63,032 nt of DNA, filler included, from Lenisia limosa (GCA_001655205.1; 17 parts of 17 records of this genome joined end to end with filler, not necessarily neighbours in it), one strand, 5' to 3'. Shown: positions 34,290-47,059, counted from the first letter of the whole stretch. The notes: a model not told the origin generated them from the letters alone. Program-made: numbers and translations.

Positions 34290-34420
34290 TATGCGGTGCT
34301 GCAGAAGAGACTGGCTTGGGCTTTGTTTGTTTTGTTTATCAACACTCGTGTGGTGTCCGCCAACAGAGTTGATTTTGGGCTTCTTTTTTGTTACAAATTA
34401 CCTTCGTTTATTCCCCCCAA
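34290..34420 (+). repeat. Family B near-full copy
   Basis: ATGCGGTGCTGCAGAAGAGACTGGCTTGGGCTTTGTTTG...GCCAACAGAGTTGATTTTGGGCTTC. Confidence 0.8.
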
Positions 34421-34444
34421 CTCTCGGTCTAACGTTGTTTTCAG

Positions 34445-35930
34445 CTCATTTCAACTCAATCGGCTGCCGATGTCATTTCCACCCTGGCTACTGTAGGGCG
34501 GCGGAGGGGATTTTACCTTGAAAATAAATATTGTTCATTGAAATTTCCTTCGTTTCTCTACCCCTCCCCAACATTAGTAACATTAGTATCACACCAGCTA
34601 ACGTGGGGGGTTTAGATCGAAAAAGAGCTTGTAGAAGCCTTGCTCGCGCGCCACCGCAGCAACTGCGAATCGGAGGGGACGGAAGTTGACGATTTCGATG
34701 GCGATCTGCACTTCAGTCGTTTCGGTTTTGGCTCTTTCCTCCAGTCGGGGGGGTGTGGGTGGTATTGCTATAAGTAGGGCTTCCCTACGGTCCGAAAAAG
34801 ACAATTTAAATATCGATATTTATCGAGGATTTATCGAGAGTTTCGGTCTTTTTTGGGGCTATAGGGAACCCCTAGGTATAGGTATGCTGGGAGGCACGCA
34901 GACAACTGTGCGCAGAGTTGTCAGGCAAATATTTGGGTGAATTAGTGTAATACTATCATTCAGTGTTTCTTATAAGCGTGATGGTGTGNNNNNNNNNNNN
35001 NNNNNNNNNNNNNNNNNNNNNNNNNNNNNNNNNNNNNNNNNNNNNNNNNNNNNNNNNNNNNNNNNNNNNNNNNNNNNNNNNNNNNNNNNTAAGCAGCTTA
35101 AATCAAGCAATTGTTTTTCTGGAGTGATGGGATGCGGTACTGCGAAAGCGACTGGCCCAGGTTTTGTTTTGTGGTGACGTTGTCAGCCAAAAAAGTTGAT
35201 TTAGGCTGTGTTTCATCAATCAGCTTCTGGCAACAGGCGGTTGNNNNNNNNNNNNNNNNNNNNNNNNNNNNNNNNNNNNNNNNNNNNNNNNNNNNNNNNN
35301 NNNNNNNNNNNNNNNNNNNNNNNNNAAGTCCGGATTTGGTATGTGGTTTCTATATTTGGCATGTGGTGCTAATTCATTTCCATTTTTGGAAAGTGGTGCT
35401 TGAAGATTTTTTTTTTATTTGGTGTGTTGTTCAAACAACAGATTAAAAACAACCACCAATCGTCACCTTTCCCCCAGGATTTGAGGAGGAAAGCTTGCAT
35501 GACGTTGTGTCGAAGGTCGTCAACAAGGCAACTGCTAGTCTGCTTCAGGACGACAGTTACGAAAGCCTGCAATTACGAAGCAGACAAGTGGACATTTCAA
35601 GTGGGAGGAGGGGGGGGGGGGTAAAGTATACATGTAGATGTTTCTGAAACAAACGAAATAACAGTCGAGGATTTCTTGAGGTTTATCTCTACTAATGAGG
35701 ATTATCAAGTATAATCGAGGATTTATTGAGTATTTTGACTATTTTAAGTATTTAGCTATCAGTCAGCTGCCTACAGACACCAAAATATGACCCCCTCCCC
35801 CAGAGCACCTTGTACTCGAGTTCTTCGGGACGCACGCAAGTGAAATTCCGATGGATATTCTTGATTCGTCCATCCACGCCGCCTGTGAGAAAATCCAGGA
35901 CCAGGGACTCCCCGGCTGCTCCTCTGCTGT
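34445..35930 (+). CDS. Multi-exon gene of unknown function
   Basis: Exons IEKELVEALLARHRSNCESEG, GFEEESLHDVVSKVVNKATASLLQDD and EHLVLEFFGTHASEIPMDILDSSIHAACEKI, with poly-C AG acceptors and GT-G-run donors. Confidence 0.5.
34776..34872. mobile_element. Family A2 MITE (variant TIR GGGCTTCCCTACGGTCC)
   Basis: TA|GGGCTTCCCTACGGTCCGAAAAAGAC...AATATCGATATTTATCGAGGATTTATCGAG...GTCTTTTTTGGGGCTATAGGGAACCCC|TA. Related copies near 55698-55790, 61590-61665 and 62449-62510. Confidence 0.78.
35115..35215 (+). repeat. Family B copy
   Basis: CTGGAGTGATGGGATGCGGTACTGCGAAAGCGACTGGCCCAGG...GTCAGCCAAAAAAGTTGATTTAGGC. Confidence 0.75.
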
Positions 35931-37395
35931 GGGGGGTTGTATTTATTATATACTAGCTAGATGTGTATGATATAAGGAAAGCTGGACCCTTCTTTGTTTT
36001 GTTTTTTTACTATATTCTCTCTATAGAGACGCAGAAAGCTCTGTGCACATAGTTCTTAGGCAATTGTTTGGGTGAANNNNNNNNNNNNNNNNNNNNNNNN
36101 NNNNNNNNNNNNNNNNNNNNTTAATTAATTAANNNNNNNNNNNNNNNNNNNNNNNNNNNNNNNNNNNNNNNNNNNNGCCGAAATTTGAAGGCATTTATGG
36201 AAATCCCAAGTCGATGAGTGATTTATGAACCACATACCTTGGGAATAGTACCGTTTTTTACAGCGACTGAGAAGTCTAAGGAAGCTTTTAGCCTTCTTGA
36301 GGAGAGAGAAGGCTGACGCTGGTTTGCTGGGAGGGGGGTAAGAAAGTGGAAATTTAATGAAAATGCCCCCTCACCCTAATCATAACCCAAAAAAAGGAGA
36401 TCAGATAATCATATACTACGAATGTACCATGTGATCATCTGATCTAATCACCCCGCCCCCTACCCCAGTCCGCAGCCTCAACAGCAGCTTCCAAGGCCCG
36501 ATCCGCCTTAAGCACAAAAGTGGCGTCAGCGTTGCCAATTGTTGCGTTGCGTAAATGAAGCACATCAGCGCGACTGTGGAGTGAGGCGTGTGTTTGATAG
36601 TCAAATTGATTTATGATAATATGAAATCAGAAAAAAAACAATAGGTTATATTTCTATTTCATCACAAAAACAAATAAAATAACAAAAGGTGATGAATTAA
36701 CAAAAGATGGTGGGAAAGGTGTTGTAATCAACCCATTTTTACATAACTCTTTTCTAATTTCCAAGGAAAATCCATTCAGCGAGAGAATGTCTCCATCTTG
36801 TCGATGTGTCAAAAGTAACATCGACTTGGCAAAAAATACCCACCCCATCATCATTTAAGACTTTTACCTAACTGGCTTTTAAACCCTTTGTAAGAGGATT
36901 CCAGCCCTTTCTAAACCGCCTGCCCACCAAGTAAAAGACATTCCACTATTTTGAAACATATTGTAAAAGGTGTCTTGAACGGGCAACTCAGACTTTACGG
37001 TCGATTATGTTCTCAACCGAGACACTTCTCCTACAACGCTGCTCGTCTCATCCGAACCCTCAATACTAATGGAAATATCTTGCATTCCTCAAGAAATTAA
37101 CGATATCGTTCATCTTCAAAATCAAGTTTGCATTTATGACACCCATCGAACAAAACTGAGAGCGCTTCTCTGAAGCAACCTCACTAGCCTCATAGACTAG
37201 GGGATCTCCACTTGAGACCTAGTCCTACTATTGAGCCACTTATAATCTGTTCTCCTTTGAGGACGTTATCAATACTTACGATAATGTTATTCTATAAAGC
37301 CTTTGATGTCTGCAATTCTAACTCTCTGGCACCTCCTGGATCCTGGGTTATTATACAGGGGCTATTGTCCTTATTCATGAATCTAATCCTTGAAG

Positions 37396-37432
37396 GTATG
37401 CTGGGGAGGCACGCAGAAAGCTGTGTGCACAA
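37396..37432 (+). repeat. Family C head beginning at a GT donor
   Basis: An open 37-nt segment 37359-37395 (GLLSLFMNLILE) between AG and GTATGCTGGGGAGGCACGCAGAAAGCTG. Confidence 0.6.
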
Positions 37433-38684
37433 AAACGCGAGCGCTTTTTGAAAATACTGGTTTTTATTAGTTTTCCTTAATAAAAAAACTCAAAATATAA
37501 CCCTGTGAAAGAGAGAAATACGTTAAAAATGTAAAATGCGACAATTTGCGTGGATTCCTCTGTAGGGTAGAGAGTTTCTTGTCCTGTCTCAATAAATATC
37601 TTCATCCGCTCACGCATTTCATAACAAAGCAACTTCAACTCGAAATATGTTGAAATGACATATAACATATCTAGATATAGTACATAATGCATATATTTTT
37701 ATTTAAAGGATAAAAAATCAAANNNNNNNNNNNNNNNNNNNNNNNNNNNNNNNNNNNNNNNNNNNNNNNNNNNNNNNNNNNNNNNNNNNNNNNNNNNNNN
37801 NNNNNNNNNNNNNNNNNNNNNNNNNNNNNNNNNNNNNNNNNNNNNNNNNNNNNNACTATCGAGGAGAATGTCGAGAGTGTTGAGGGCCTCGGGCCTTGAA
37901 GGTATGAGTCAGGGGTTAGAAAAATCACATAAATAAGTCACTTATTCAAATTATGTATAAAAACAAAACTCTCACTTTAGTATGTTAATTGAAAATAAAA
38001 ACCAAAACACATCGGGTTCAGTCCTCCCACCACATTCCTCTCAAAGCTAGCACATCGCTTCGTATAAGAGCAAACTCCTGGTTGAGAGCACCGCCGATAA
38101 TATCCCCAATTGCCTGGCCTAACGGAGGTTAATATTGCTGTGAAAATGCAAAATAATAAAGGCCGACGAAAGCGAAATAATAAAGGGCATGTTTGGTGGT
38201 GGAAGGTGTCTTGACTGGAGAAAGAGTATAGATCACTGAATAGTATAATTACATACATGCGCACCGAGCTAAAATACCCCCTATACACACACTCACGGTA
38301 TCTGCCTACATTATACATTATATCTAATTCTTCCATACTACACCAAAAATGACGGAATTGTTTGAAACATGCCTCTTTTAGTAGCCCCGAACCTTGGCCG
38401 CTATAATGTTGCGCCTCCTTCAAGCACCCCCTCAATGCAGCTACTTCAGCCATACAGCGACAAGCAGCGCTCATCTGACGCAAGGCTGGCCAATGTGAGG
38501 CCTGTGGGGGTTAANNNNNNNNNNNNNNNNNNNNNNNNNNNNNNNNNNNNNNNNNNNNTTAATTAATTAANNNNNNNNNNNNNNNNNNNNNNNNNNNNNN
38601 NNNNNNNNNNNNNNCAAATTTGAGCTAAAGCGGTTAAAAAACAAATCACGGTGATAAAAATGTGATAAGACACGCAAGTTTCGC

Positions 38685-38782
38685 AAGCTTCACTTCGGTT
38701 CGAAAAATACCAGTAAAATATCGATAATTTTCGATAATTTTCGAAGTATCGAGAAATCTTTTTTCAAGCCGAAGTGAAGCCC
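38685..38782. mobile_element. Family A1 MITE
   Basis: GCTTCACTTCGGTTCGAAAAATACC...GCCGAAGTGAAGCCCTA. Confidence 0.78.
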
Positions 38783-38949
38783 TAAGAATATCTAGCCGAA
38801 GCCGTCCAAACCATATCGCTGAAAAGAGGTACTGGATTATGATGGAAGACAAAAAAGAAAAAAAGGGGGTAGGTTTTTAAGACAGTTCCCCCAATATATC
38901 ACCCAAATCAAAAAAAGGTCATGAGGGTTCAAAACTCACAACAAAATGA

Positions 38950-39432
38950 ATTCGGTGAAATAGTCCCTCTGGTCCTCTAAAGCGAGTTCTCAGAACTCTC
39001 CCTTCAACCATCATGCACTCCCTGTTTGCTCACCTTCTTAACCTCCTTGGCAACAACATCGCAGATTCTATCATCGTACTGACGGGTCAGACGTTGGACG
39101 GCGTTGTAGACGCGATCAAGGGTGTAGTAGCAAGATGAGCGACAGAACTGCTTGCATGCGTTCTATCCTCGTTAGTTGATTCAATAATTTCCAAAAGCAA
39201 GGGGGAAGAGCTTTGGTAAGAGTATCAAAGGAACATCCTAACCTCAGAATCTTCAAAAGAGTCCTCATCAAGCTTGAACTCCCATCCATCATACTCTAAA
39301 GTCATTATAAGCTTCCTACATTCCTATCCGCAAACACATTAATCAACTCACCACATTCATCACCAAAGTAATGGGCAATCTTTTCCTGGCACTTCTCCAC
39401 ACCAGACTCAAATTTCTCCTTAAGAGTATCCA
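38950..39432 (-). CDS. Small gene divergent from SEC13, unknown
   Basis: Segments MDTLKEKFESGVEKCQEKIAHYF, LEYDGWEFKLDEDSFEDSE and LDRVYNAVQRLTRQYDDRICDVVAKE. I could not fully reconcile the splice phases. Confidence 0.33.
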
Positions 39433-39717
39433 TTGTACTTTCTGGAACAATAAAAGTCAGAAGATTTTGAGGAAAGATTAAGGTAGAATATCATGAAAGC
39501 CTCGCACTATCCTAACTTACTTAAACAGAAAAAGGGTCGTTTTTCAATTTATTTCAGTGAAAAGGAAAACACTGGTCCAATTTTATTCTTGCCTTTTCAA
39601 TAGAAAAAATTCCGGAAATCAGCCTGTTTAGTTATTATAAGTGTGGTGGTTGTTTATAGTTATTGTTATTCATAAAGGAAGTATTCTCTCAATTGACCTC
39701 TCTTCGGCTTCTCAACA

Positions 39718-40877
39718 ATGGTAGTCCCCCTTTTCTGTTGATAGTAACCCTTTAGACTACAAAGGTTACATCTTTTGATACTGGCCACCATGAGATGATT
39801 GTAAGCGCCTCCCCTTGCTCGCCACTTTACTCACTTTTTAGCATGATGCCCAGTGGGACTACTACGCAAAACGAGTAGCCACAGCGTCATCAGACGGCGT
39901 TGTCAAGGTTTTTGAAAGCGACGAACAGACCCTCATTACAGAAATCAAAGGGTGAGCTGGTGATCTTCGAACTGCTCCCTCCTTCTATTGACGTCATCAT
40001 TCTTTCGACTGAGGGACATGAAATGGATGAAGATGAACGCCAAGAGGGCTGTAAGGATATAAGCTTCGCTAAGTCCATTAAGAGTTATTATTGAAAGGGT
40101 ACTGTTTTTGAGTGTTTCCCTTTGTATTACTCCCTGCTTTAAGGTTAATTCTTCATACCACTTCATTTAACCCGTTTCTTTCGCAATATATAGTCCTCGA
40201 TCAATATTAGGGGTATCATAAAATCACACGCTCCTTGTCTCATATATAAATATGAAATCCTCGAAATATCAAACCTGGCTGTGTTTGAACTGGCGGCAGT
40301 ATCATAAAGGATGGGATTACCCCCATTCATATATTGTCTTTGTTTTTTAACATGAAATAATACCATTGAAAATCCAGAAACAAATATATATACAAGGAAC
40401 AATAAAAACAAATTACCATACTTCCGCGCTTTTGCCTGCTTTTCATACATAAAGGTTGAAATCTAAGCTCAATCCTCGTGAGACACATATCCTCGATAAA
40501 TATCGTAATTTTGAATAATTTTGGTATATCTGAGACAAATTCATTAGCCCTCTCCTGGGCTACAGGATTTGAACTGGCCTGGGCTTTGTTCATTTTCAGT
40601 TCCCCCCTTATGTTTGTCAAATGCCTAGTTGACAGAGTTGATTTTGGGTTGAGTTTGGGCTGTTTTTGTGTCATTAATTAGTCCAACCCTAAATGTCGAC
40701 ATTCCACCAGAATTAAACCCCTCCCTCCCTCTCCCAGACACGAAGGTCCCATTTGGCAGTGCGCATGGTCACATCCGAAGTTTGGATCACTGATCGCCAC
40801 GTGCTCCTTCGACCGCACAGTGTGCATCTGGTCACTTGCTGACAGCAAGCCCCAGCAGGTCTTCAAGCATGACAAAC
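39718..40877 (+). CDS. SEC13: Sec13 WD40 protein (COPII coat/nucleoporin), N-terminal exons; runs into gap
   Basis: Exons 39718-39720, 39756-39800, 39842-39951 and 40738-40877 join in frame: M|TTKVTSFDTGHHEMI|HDAQWDYYAKRVATASSDGVVKVF...IKG|HEGPIWQCAWSHPKFGSLIATCSFDRTVCIW, the Sec13 signature. Confidence 0.95.
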
Positions 40878-41019
40878 NNNNNNNNNNNNNNNNNNNNNNN
40901 NNNNNNNNNNNNNNNNNNNNNTTAATTAATTAANNNNNNNNNNNNNNNNNNNNNNNNNNNNNNNNNNNNNNNNNNNNATGTATATATACTATATTTTATA
41001 CTTTTGAAAAATACAAATC

Positions 41020-44000
41020 AACCTACTTGGCTGGGGTAGAAGGTAACGTTTTATCACCAGGAGAGCTTCCTTCTGGCCTTGAAAAAGAAAAACTACCACC
41101 TTTATCTGAGTATAAGTCAAAAAAGGGGGTGTATCAAATAGCCGGAGCTTAACTAAATGGGCAACGGAAAGGGTTACTCAAATACATACAGTAATATATG
41201 ATATATATATACATATTTTGACCCCCCCCCCNNNNNNNNNNNNNNNNNNNNNNNNNNNNNNNNNNNNNNNNNNNNNNNNNNNNNNNNNNNNNNNNNNNNN
41301 NNNNNNNNNNNNNNNNNNNNNNNNNNNNNNNNNNNNNNNNNNNNNNNNNNNNNNNNNNNNNNNNNNNNNNNNNNNTTGAATCTTGGTTACAGCCTGTCCG
41401 AATCATTGTCGTTGGCTCTTACCCGTGTATATGATTGATATATACTATGTTATCAGACGTATGCATATCGATATGTAATAAATTTATATGGATATCAAGA
41501 ATAATAGATATGGTATATATTACATATCTCTGTTTCTGTACAATTCGCTAACTTTGGTCAACCCAGCTATCAAGGTTAATGACATTCATTTCTACATCAT
41601 CAAATGCGGTGTATGAACCGTGTCGGTAGAACTGAATTGTCTACAATATCAGTATCCGATAGCTTAAAGAGAGAAAAATGAGTCTTCGAATCCCAACGAG
41701 AGACATTTCCTCCAAACCTGGGCATTGTAATTACCAAAGAGTCCGCGACCTTAATGGGTTAAAAAGATATCGCAAAATGACAACGAGACAGATGGTGACA
41801 CATACTCAATGAATGGGCATAAGTATGAGAGTTGTCCGTGAATTCGGTTCCCCACTAAAACAGTGAATTGTTTATCAAGTGTGGTAATAAATGATTAAAA
41901 AAAGGAAGAACGAGATACGAAACACTCGCAATTTATATTAGTATAGTGGGGCTATGTTATTGAACCGTTTTTGTAGGACATCCAACCATTCGATGTTCAT
42001 AGTCCTATGATGATTTAAATAATACCATTTTTTTTGATAATTTGGGTGCAGTTCACTTTTCTCTTCACCATGCTTTGGAACTATTGCTCACAGAATTCAT
42101 TACAAGGCGTGAGAGAAGGCGGCCTGCTGGACCCCTAATGTGTTATTTAAGGGAGAGTCAAAACTACAATTGTTATCTTAGAATAGAAGATCAATACTCT
42201 AACGTACCGTGTAGTTAATCCGATAAACGCGTAGCCAGTAGTAAGAAGACCGACATTATTGTCGCTACCTTGACCGATAGCATGATCTGTGCCTAAGCTA
42301 AATAGATGAGCAGTGGTCGACGTGCAAACAGACAACAAAATCCTATTCTTCAGCTAATATGTGAGAGGCGAAATGTTTTAGCTGATCTTCTTTATCCCTT
42401 TCCCACATAGTTGGCTCAGCAGGCATATTCATAAGCCGATAAGTACCGCTTCCTGCAGGATCGTCTGTGATCTTGGCTGCGACGACGGTATCAGGGGAAA
42501 TACTTCAATGGTCAGAAATAAGTAATATCGTATCACTTTTTGGATCATTTTCATACGTGTAAACTATCATTTTTCAAGTAGTTATATGATACCTCATATC
42601 CCCCAGGAATCCTGTATTGTATCAAAAATAATCGTATACTATGAACTGGCAACATTCAAATAGTGATAGAAGCACCATTACTCCCCCAGTCCTTCAGCTT
42701 TTCCCCTCAGACCTAGCACTTGGAGAAGGTCTCAGCCAAATGACATTAAATTCAACCTAATGGAATTAATGAAATCAAATAAACGGAGGAATGTCAGCCA
42801 AAATCACAAATTAATTACCATTTGTGGGCAAATGGACGCGCAGAGAACTTGAAACGTTCTCTCAGCCTTGGACGCTCCCTCAAGAATTTCTACAATCTAA
42901 TCCGTTAGGGGTCTCTCAGCACTTCAAGCAATCAGCTTTACTCCTTTGATCATAAATGATTGTCAAAATCAACCACACCACTTACTCCAGAAACAAAGGC
43001 AGTTTCGCGGTTTGTCTGCACAGTGAACTGCAGGAATGGGGACGCAGATACTGTATTTCCCACACGGAGGAAGAGTTCAACAGAGTCTGACGACCTGGTG
43101 GTCAGCAGCAGGCATCAGAGGGTAAAAGCAACTTAATAAAAGCAGATCCCCAAAAGAGGTATTATGCTCATTGTATCTTTAGACACGAGCGGATAATCGG
43201 GTTTTTAATCGCGAAACCAAATTTATCGATATTTAAATGCATAAATTCAAGATATAATGATATAAAATGACAAAATATGAACTTTGTTTTTAATAAAATT
43301 TGATGGGAGTTGCGTGCGTATTCAACCCACACGACATGCTCAACAGTAGTAGTCACCAAATACAGTCCCGGAGTATTGACAACAATACGCGAACCAGAAA
43401 TATCAACGTTTCTTTCCATCAGTACACCAGCTCTAAGTAGTCAGTTTTGTTAACAAGAGCATCGATCACACTTCGTCAAAATGTACACTTCTTCTCACCT
43501 GTTTTCTGTCCATTCGGTATAGGCATTGTATGTTCCAGTTTTAATGGTAGCGTAGGAGGATCCTGCAAATCGAGATGGTTGTTCTACGATAACGTCAAAT
43601 TTTCAGTATGGAGTAAAGGTTTCAATAATACAAAATAATTCGATCACGAAATTTAAATCACTGAACAAGAGGCTCAAAAATATTGAAAAGAAAAGAATAA
43701 AGAGAAAAATAAAAGAAGGGGTCGCCATCCTACCATCCTCTTCAACAATCGGTCTCCATTTGGAGTTGAAGCAAAGAACAGTATTGCCGGTTTCATTAAT
43801 CGTCCTGGAGGTGGGGTAGAATTACAGAAGTGATTTCAATCTGAGTATAACTTATCATTCGTGAAAAAAGACCAATTCAAAGGGTAACCATTCTTTTTTA
43901 TCCTCTTCCAACCTGAATTGGCCATTTGTTATCGTATCACAAGTGGGCAGTGAAGCCTCAGGAACTGCCTTTAACGACAGCTGCCCAGCCTCAATCGCCT

Positions 44001-44460
44001 GTGTTTATGATGACAATACGAATGGATGATAGAGGAATTATAATGTGGCTATATCTATTACTTCAGGTTGATATTTGGAGAAATCTGGAATCTGAATATT
44101 TGCATCTTATCCGCCTTATGTTTGATTACAGGTATTCTCCAATATGTTGTATTCCAGATTTCTCATATCCATTTTCCAGATACCTTCTAGATTCTAGATT
44201 CCAGATTTCCCCTCCACCCCTGGCAAATGATGATTGGATTTTTGAGGAAGACTGGTNNNNNNNNNNNNNNNNNNNNNNNNNNNNNNNNNNNNNNNNNNNN
44301 NNNNNNNNNNNNNNNNNNNNNNNNNNNNNNNNNNNNNNNNNNNNNNNNNNNNNNNNNATAGTCTCCTTGAATTTTAATTCATTACTGGACTCAAGAAGGA
44401 CACAGTAGATGGTTGGCAAGAGTATGAGCAGCAGCCTATGTAATTTAAGTAGTAAATCAA
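41020..44460 (-). CDS. Large multi-exon, probably secreted or surface protein, unknown family
   Basis: Hydrophobic N-terminal-like segment LLLILLPTIYCVLLES, followed by beta-rich exons (DSVELFLRVGN..FLQFTVQT, LTIEVFPDTVVAAKITDD, NTPGLYLVTTTV). Confidence 0.42.
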
Positions 44461-45384
44461 TCAACAACTCGACTTACGTGAAAACAAGTGGATTTTTCGG
44501 CATTATTATTATTTATTAATTATTTTAATAATAACAACAACAATGCGCAACTATACAGATGGCCTCTTAGCAAGTATTGTGAGAATTCATATTTCATGGG
44601 GGTTGTTATCATTCCTACTTTTTACTTTGTGCCCTTAACAAATATGAAGTTTCCAAAACAGAATGATAAAAACCAAAAAAACTATGTTTTCACCACACTA
44701 TATGCTATATTTATGAGAGCCGCCTTGAATGATATCGATGAGAGGAGCCGCGCAAAACGCGCATAAAATATAACAAGACAGGACAATTCAATGTTGTCCG
44801 TAAAAACCGCGAATGGAGTCAATCACCGCGAAAACCCCTCACGAAAGTGATTTTTATTTGGTGGAGTAAAATAGTTCAGCAAAAACAGCAAAACAAGGCG
44901 ACCCAAAATCAAACGAATTCTCGATATTCAAGTCTTCGATACTCAAAAGAGAAGCTCTTGGCAAACAGCAAAATATATTGATCATGCATACATAAATAAA
45001 GTCAACAGAACTCTAGAGATCCGGTTCAATCATCCAAAACCGGATGTATCCGGTTGAGAGTCCATTACAGCCAACAAAGGCTTGGAGAGAGGGGTTGATG
45101 TTCATTGACGCTCTAAATGCGTAAGTATGATCAGGGGACTGATGCTTTGATGATTGTGGTGCTATGACGTCATGCGAGGACTGAAATGGATGGTTGTAGA
45201 TTTTGGCGATTATGATGGTTGGTTTGGGGCGTTTGATGCTGTTATGATGATTATGATGTAAATAAGGACTGTAATGATGGTATGATGATAATGACTGTTA
45301 TGATGAATATGCTAATTATGATGGGTGGTATTAAGAAGCCCACACCAAAAGAAGAATATAGCCCGCCCAAACACTCCCAAGAGA

Positions 45385-45436
45385 GCACCAGAGAGCCCCA
45401 AAGAGAGCCCCAAAGAGAGCCCCAAAGAGAGCCCCA
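45385..45436. repeat. About 13-bp tandem repeat
   Basis: (GAGAGCCCCAAA)n, about 4 copies. Confidence 0.75.
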
Positions 45437-45880
45437 ATGATCACTCGATCAACCCAAAGATCCTACCGGTGATTGGTCCAGTCTGACCCGGATCCAACTC
45501 CACTGCACATTGCAATCCCTGTGACCTTGAAGCCTCCATCATCCTGAGGGATGTGGTAAATAAGGCCCGTCGGGTGGTGAGGGGTTNNNNNNNNNNNNNN
45601 NNNNNNNNNNNNNNNNNNNNNNNNNNNNNNTTAATTAATTAANNNNNNNNNNNNNNNNNNNNNNNNNNNNNNNNNNNNNNNNNNNNTGAAATTGGAAAAT
45701 TTATGAAACAAGAAAGCCCAAATCAACTCGTGAATAATGTAAGGGGAGAGGGGATAAACTGGTCCTGAACTCAGGGAAAATTTCGAATGTGACACAAAGA
45801 ATGTGACAAAATATGAACAAACATTGTGGTAGCGAGTGATCCAGGATGTTGAAACAAATGATAAGATGTAACCAGCCCAC

Positions 45881-47059
45881 TGTTCACTGTATGACGGGAC
45901 GATTCCAGTTGGCCTATCGGCGGTGTAGGCCGCAACAACAGCAGAAGATTCGTCCTAAGAAGTTAGGGGGAATGTTCAGGAGACAGTACAATAACACATT
46001 GTAGTTATACATGTATACATGAAGGCAGGTAGAAAGATATGGGGGTTCTATGGGGGTCAACTCATATCACCAGAGAAAAGGGAGTATGAACCCGAAGCCG
46101 TGAAAACCATCTTGTTAAAGGAGAATATTGAAGCCCATTTACTCCATGTGTAGAGAGTATACAATATTATGACCCAAACATCCACAATACTAACACAAAT
46201 AATAAGAAAAACAAGCCAATAACCCCCCAACCTGAGCCATGATTTCGTATTTGGCATGAAGATCTCCTTCATTGACAACCTCAAGAACTTTCTCGTATCT
46301 GGGGGGGGGGGGGNNNNNNNNNNNNNNNNNNNNNNNNNNNNNNNNNNNNNNNNNNNNNNNNNNNNNNNNNNNNNNNNNNNNNNNNNNNNNNNNNNNNNNN
46401 NNNNNNNNNNNNNNNNNNNNNACTGACACATGGATTTTTCCATATCATACATGTACAGTATATCCAAAACCAGACCTGTATCTGAGGAAACACTCGCCAT
46501 AGTCAAGGGCAAGGGTATTGACTGATATCTTTGGCACCACGCACCTGCAGCATTAGAGGGGTAAAATTAGAAAATTTATGAAATAAAAAGCCCAAAATCA
46601 GCTCTGTTGGCTGACAACACACAAGGGTTGAGAACAACAAAACAAAGCCCAGGCCAGNNNNNNNNNNNNNNNNNNNNNNNNNNNNNNNNNNNNNNNNNNN
46701 NNNNNNNNNNNNNNNNNNNNNNNNNNNNNNNNNNNNNNNNNNNNNNNNNNNNNNNNNNAAGGTGTAGGGGTGTTTGCGGATGACAGAAGATTTCACAAAT
46801 AAGCTATATTGGGGGGAGGGGGACAATTCAAAGCTAATCTGGAGTAATGAATTATATTTCCCCTCCCTCCAAATAAAGGTTACAATTCATAGCTTACCCC
46901 CCAGGTAAGGCTTTAATGTCCTGTCCGACACCGTCAACATCTACAACCACTCCCTCACTCGGCCCTCAAGGGTAAGGCTTTAATGTCCTGTCCGACACCG
47001 TCAACATCTACAACCAAAGCGGTGTCGTATTTGCCAACTGACGTTGCAACGAAGTCAAC
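45881..47059 (-). CDS. HYDIN: HYDIN axonemal central-pair protein, internal exons
   Basis: Exons 47059-46959, 46544-46476, 46298-46232 and 45954-45881 join in phase: VDFVATSVGKYDTALVVDVDGVGQDIKALPLRAECVVPKISVNTLALDYGECFLRYRYEKVLEVVNEGDLHAKYEIMAQDESSAV... This matches the HYDIN segment I recall as KYxxALVVDVxGxG...CVVP...DFGxCFLxYPYEK. Confidence 0.85.
46545..46657 (-). repeat. Family B copy/acceptor in HYDIN intron
   Basis: Reverse strand CTGGCCTGGGCTTTG...GTCAGCCAACAGAGCTGATTTTGGGC..TTTCATAAATTTTCTAATTTTACCCCTCTAATGCTGCAG, followed by an exon. Confidence 0.8.
46904..47016 (-). repeat. 46-bp direct duplication of HYDIN exon sequence into the following intron
   Basis: GGTAAGGCTTTAATGTCCTGTCCGACACCGTCAACATCTACAACCA at 46904 and 46971. 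Confidence 0.9.

Noticed and set aside
36850-37200. Possible retroelement (RT) remnants here and at 17250-17500
   Set aside because: Broken coding-like sequence but no recognisable RT, endonuclease or RNase H motif.
45440-45586. Minus-strand exon at 45470-45560 as a continuation of HYDIN
   Set aside because: Separated from the HYDIN exons by an artificial linker, and the similarity is too weak to assign.
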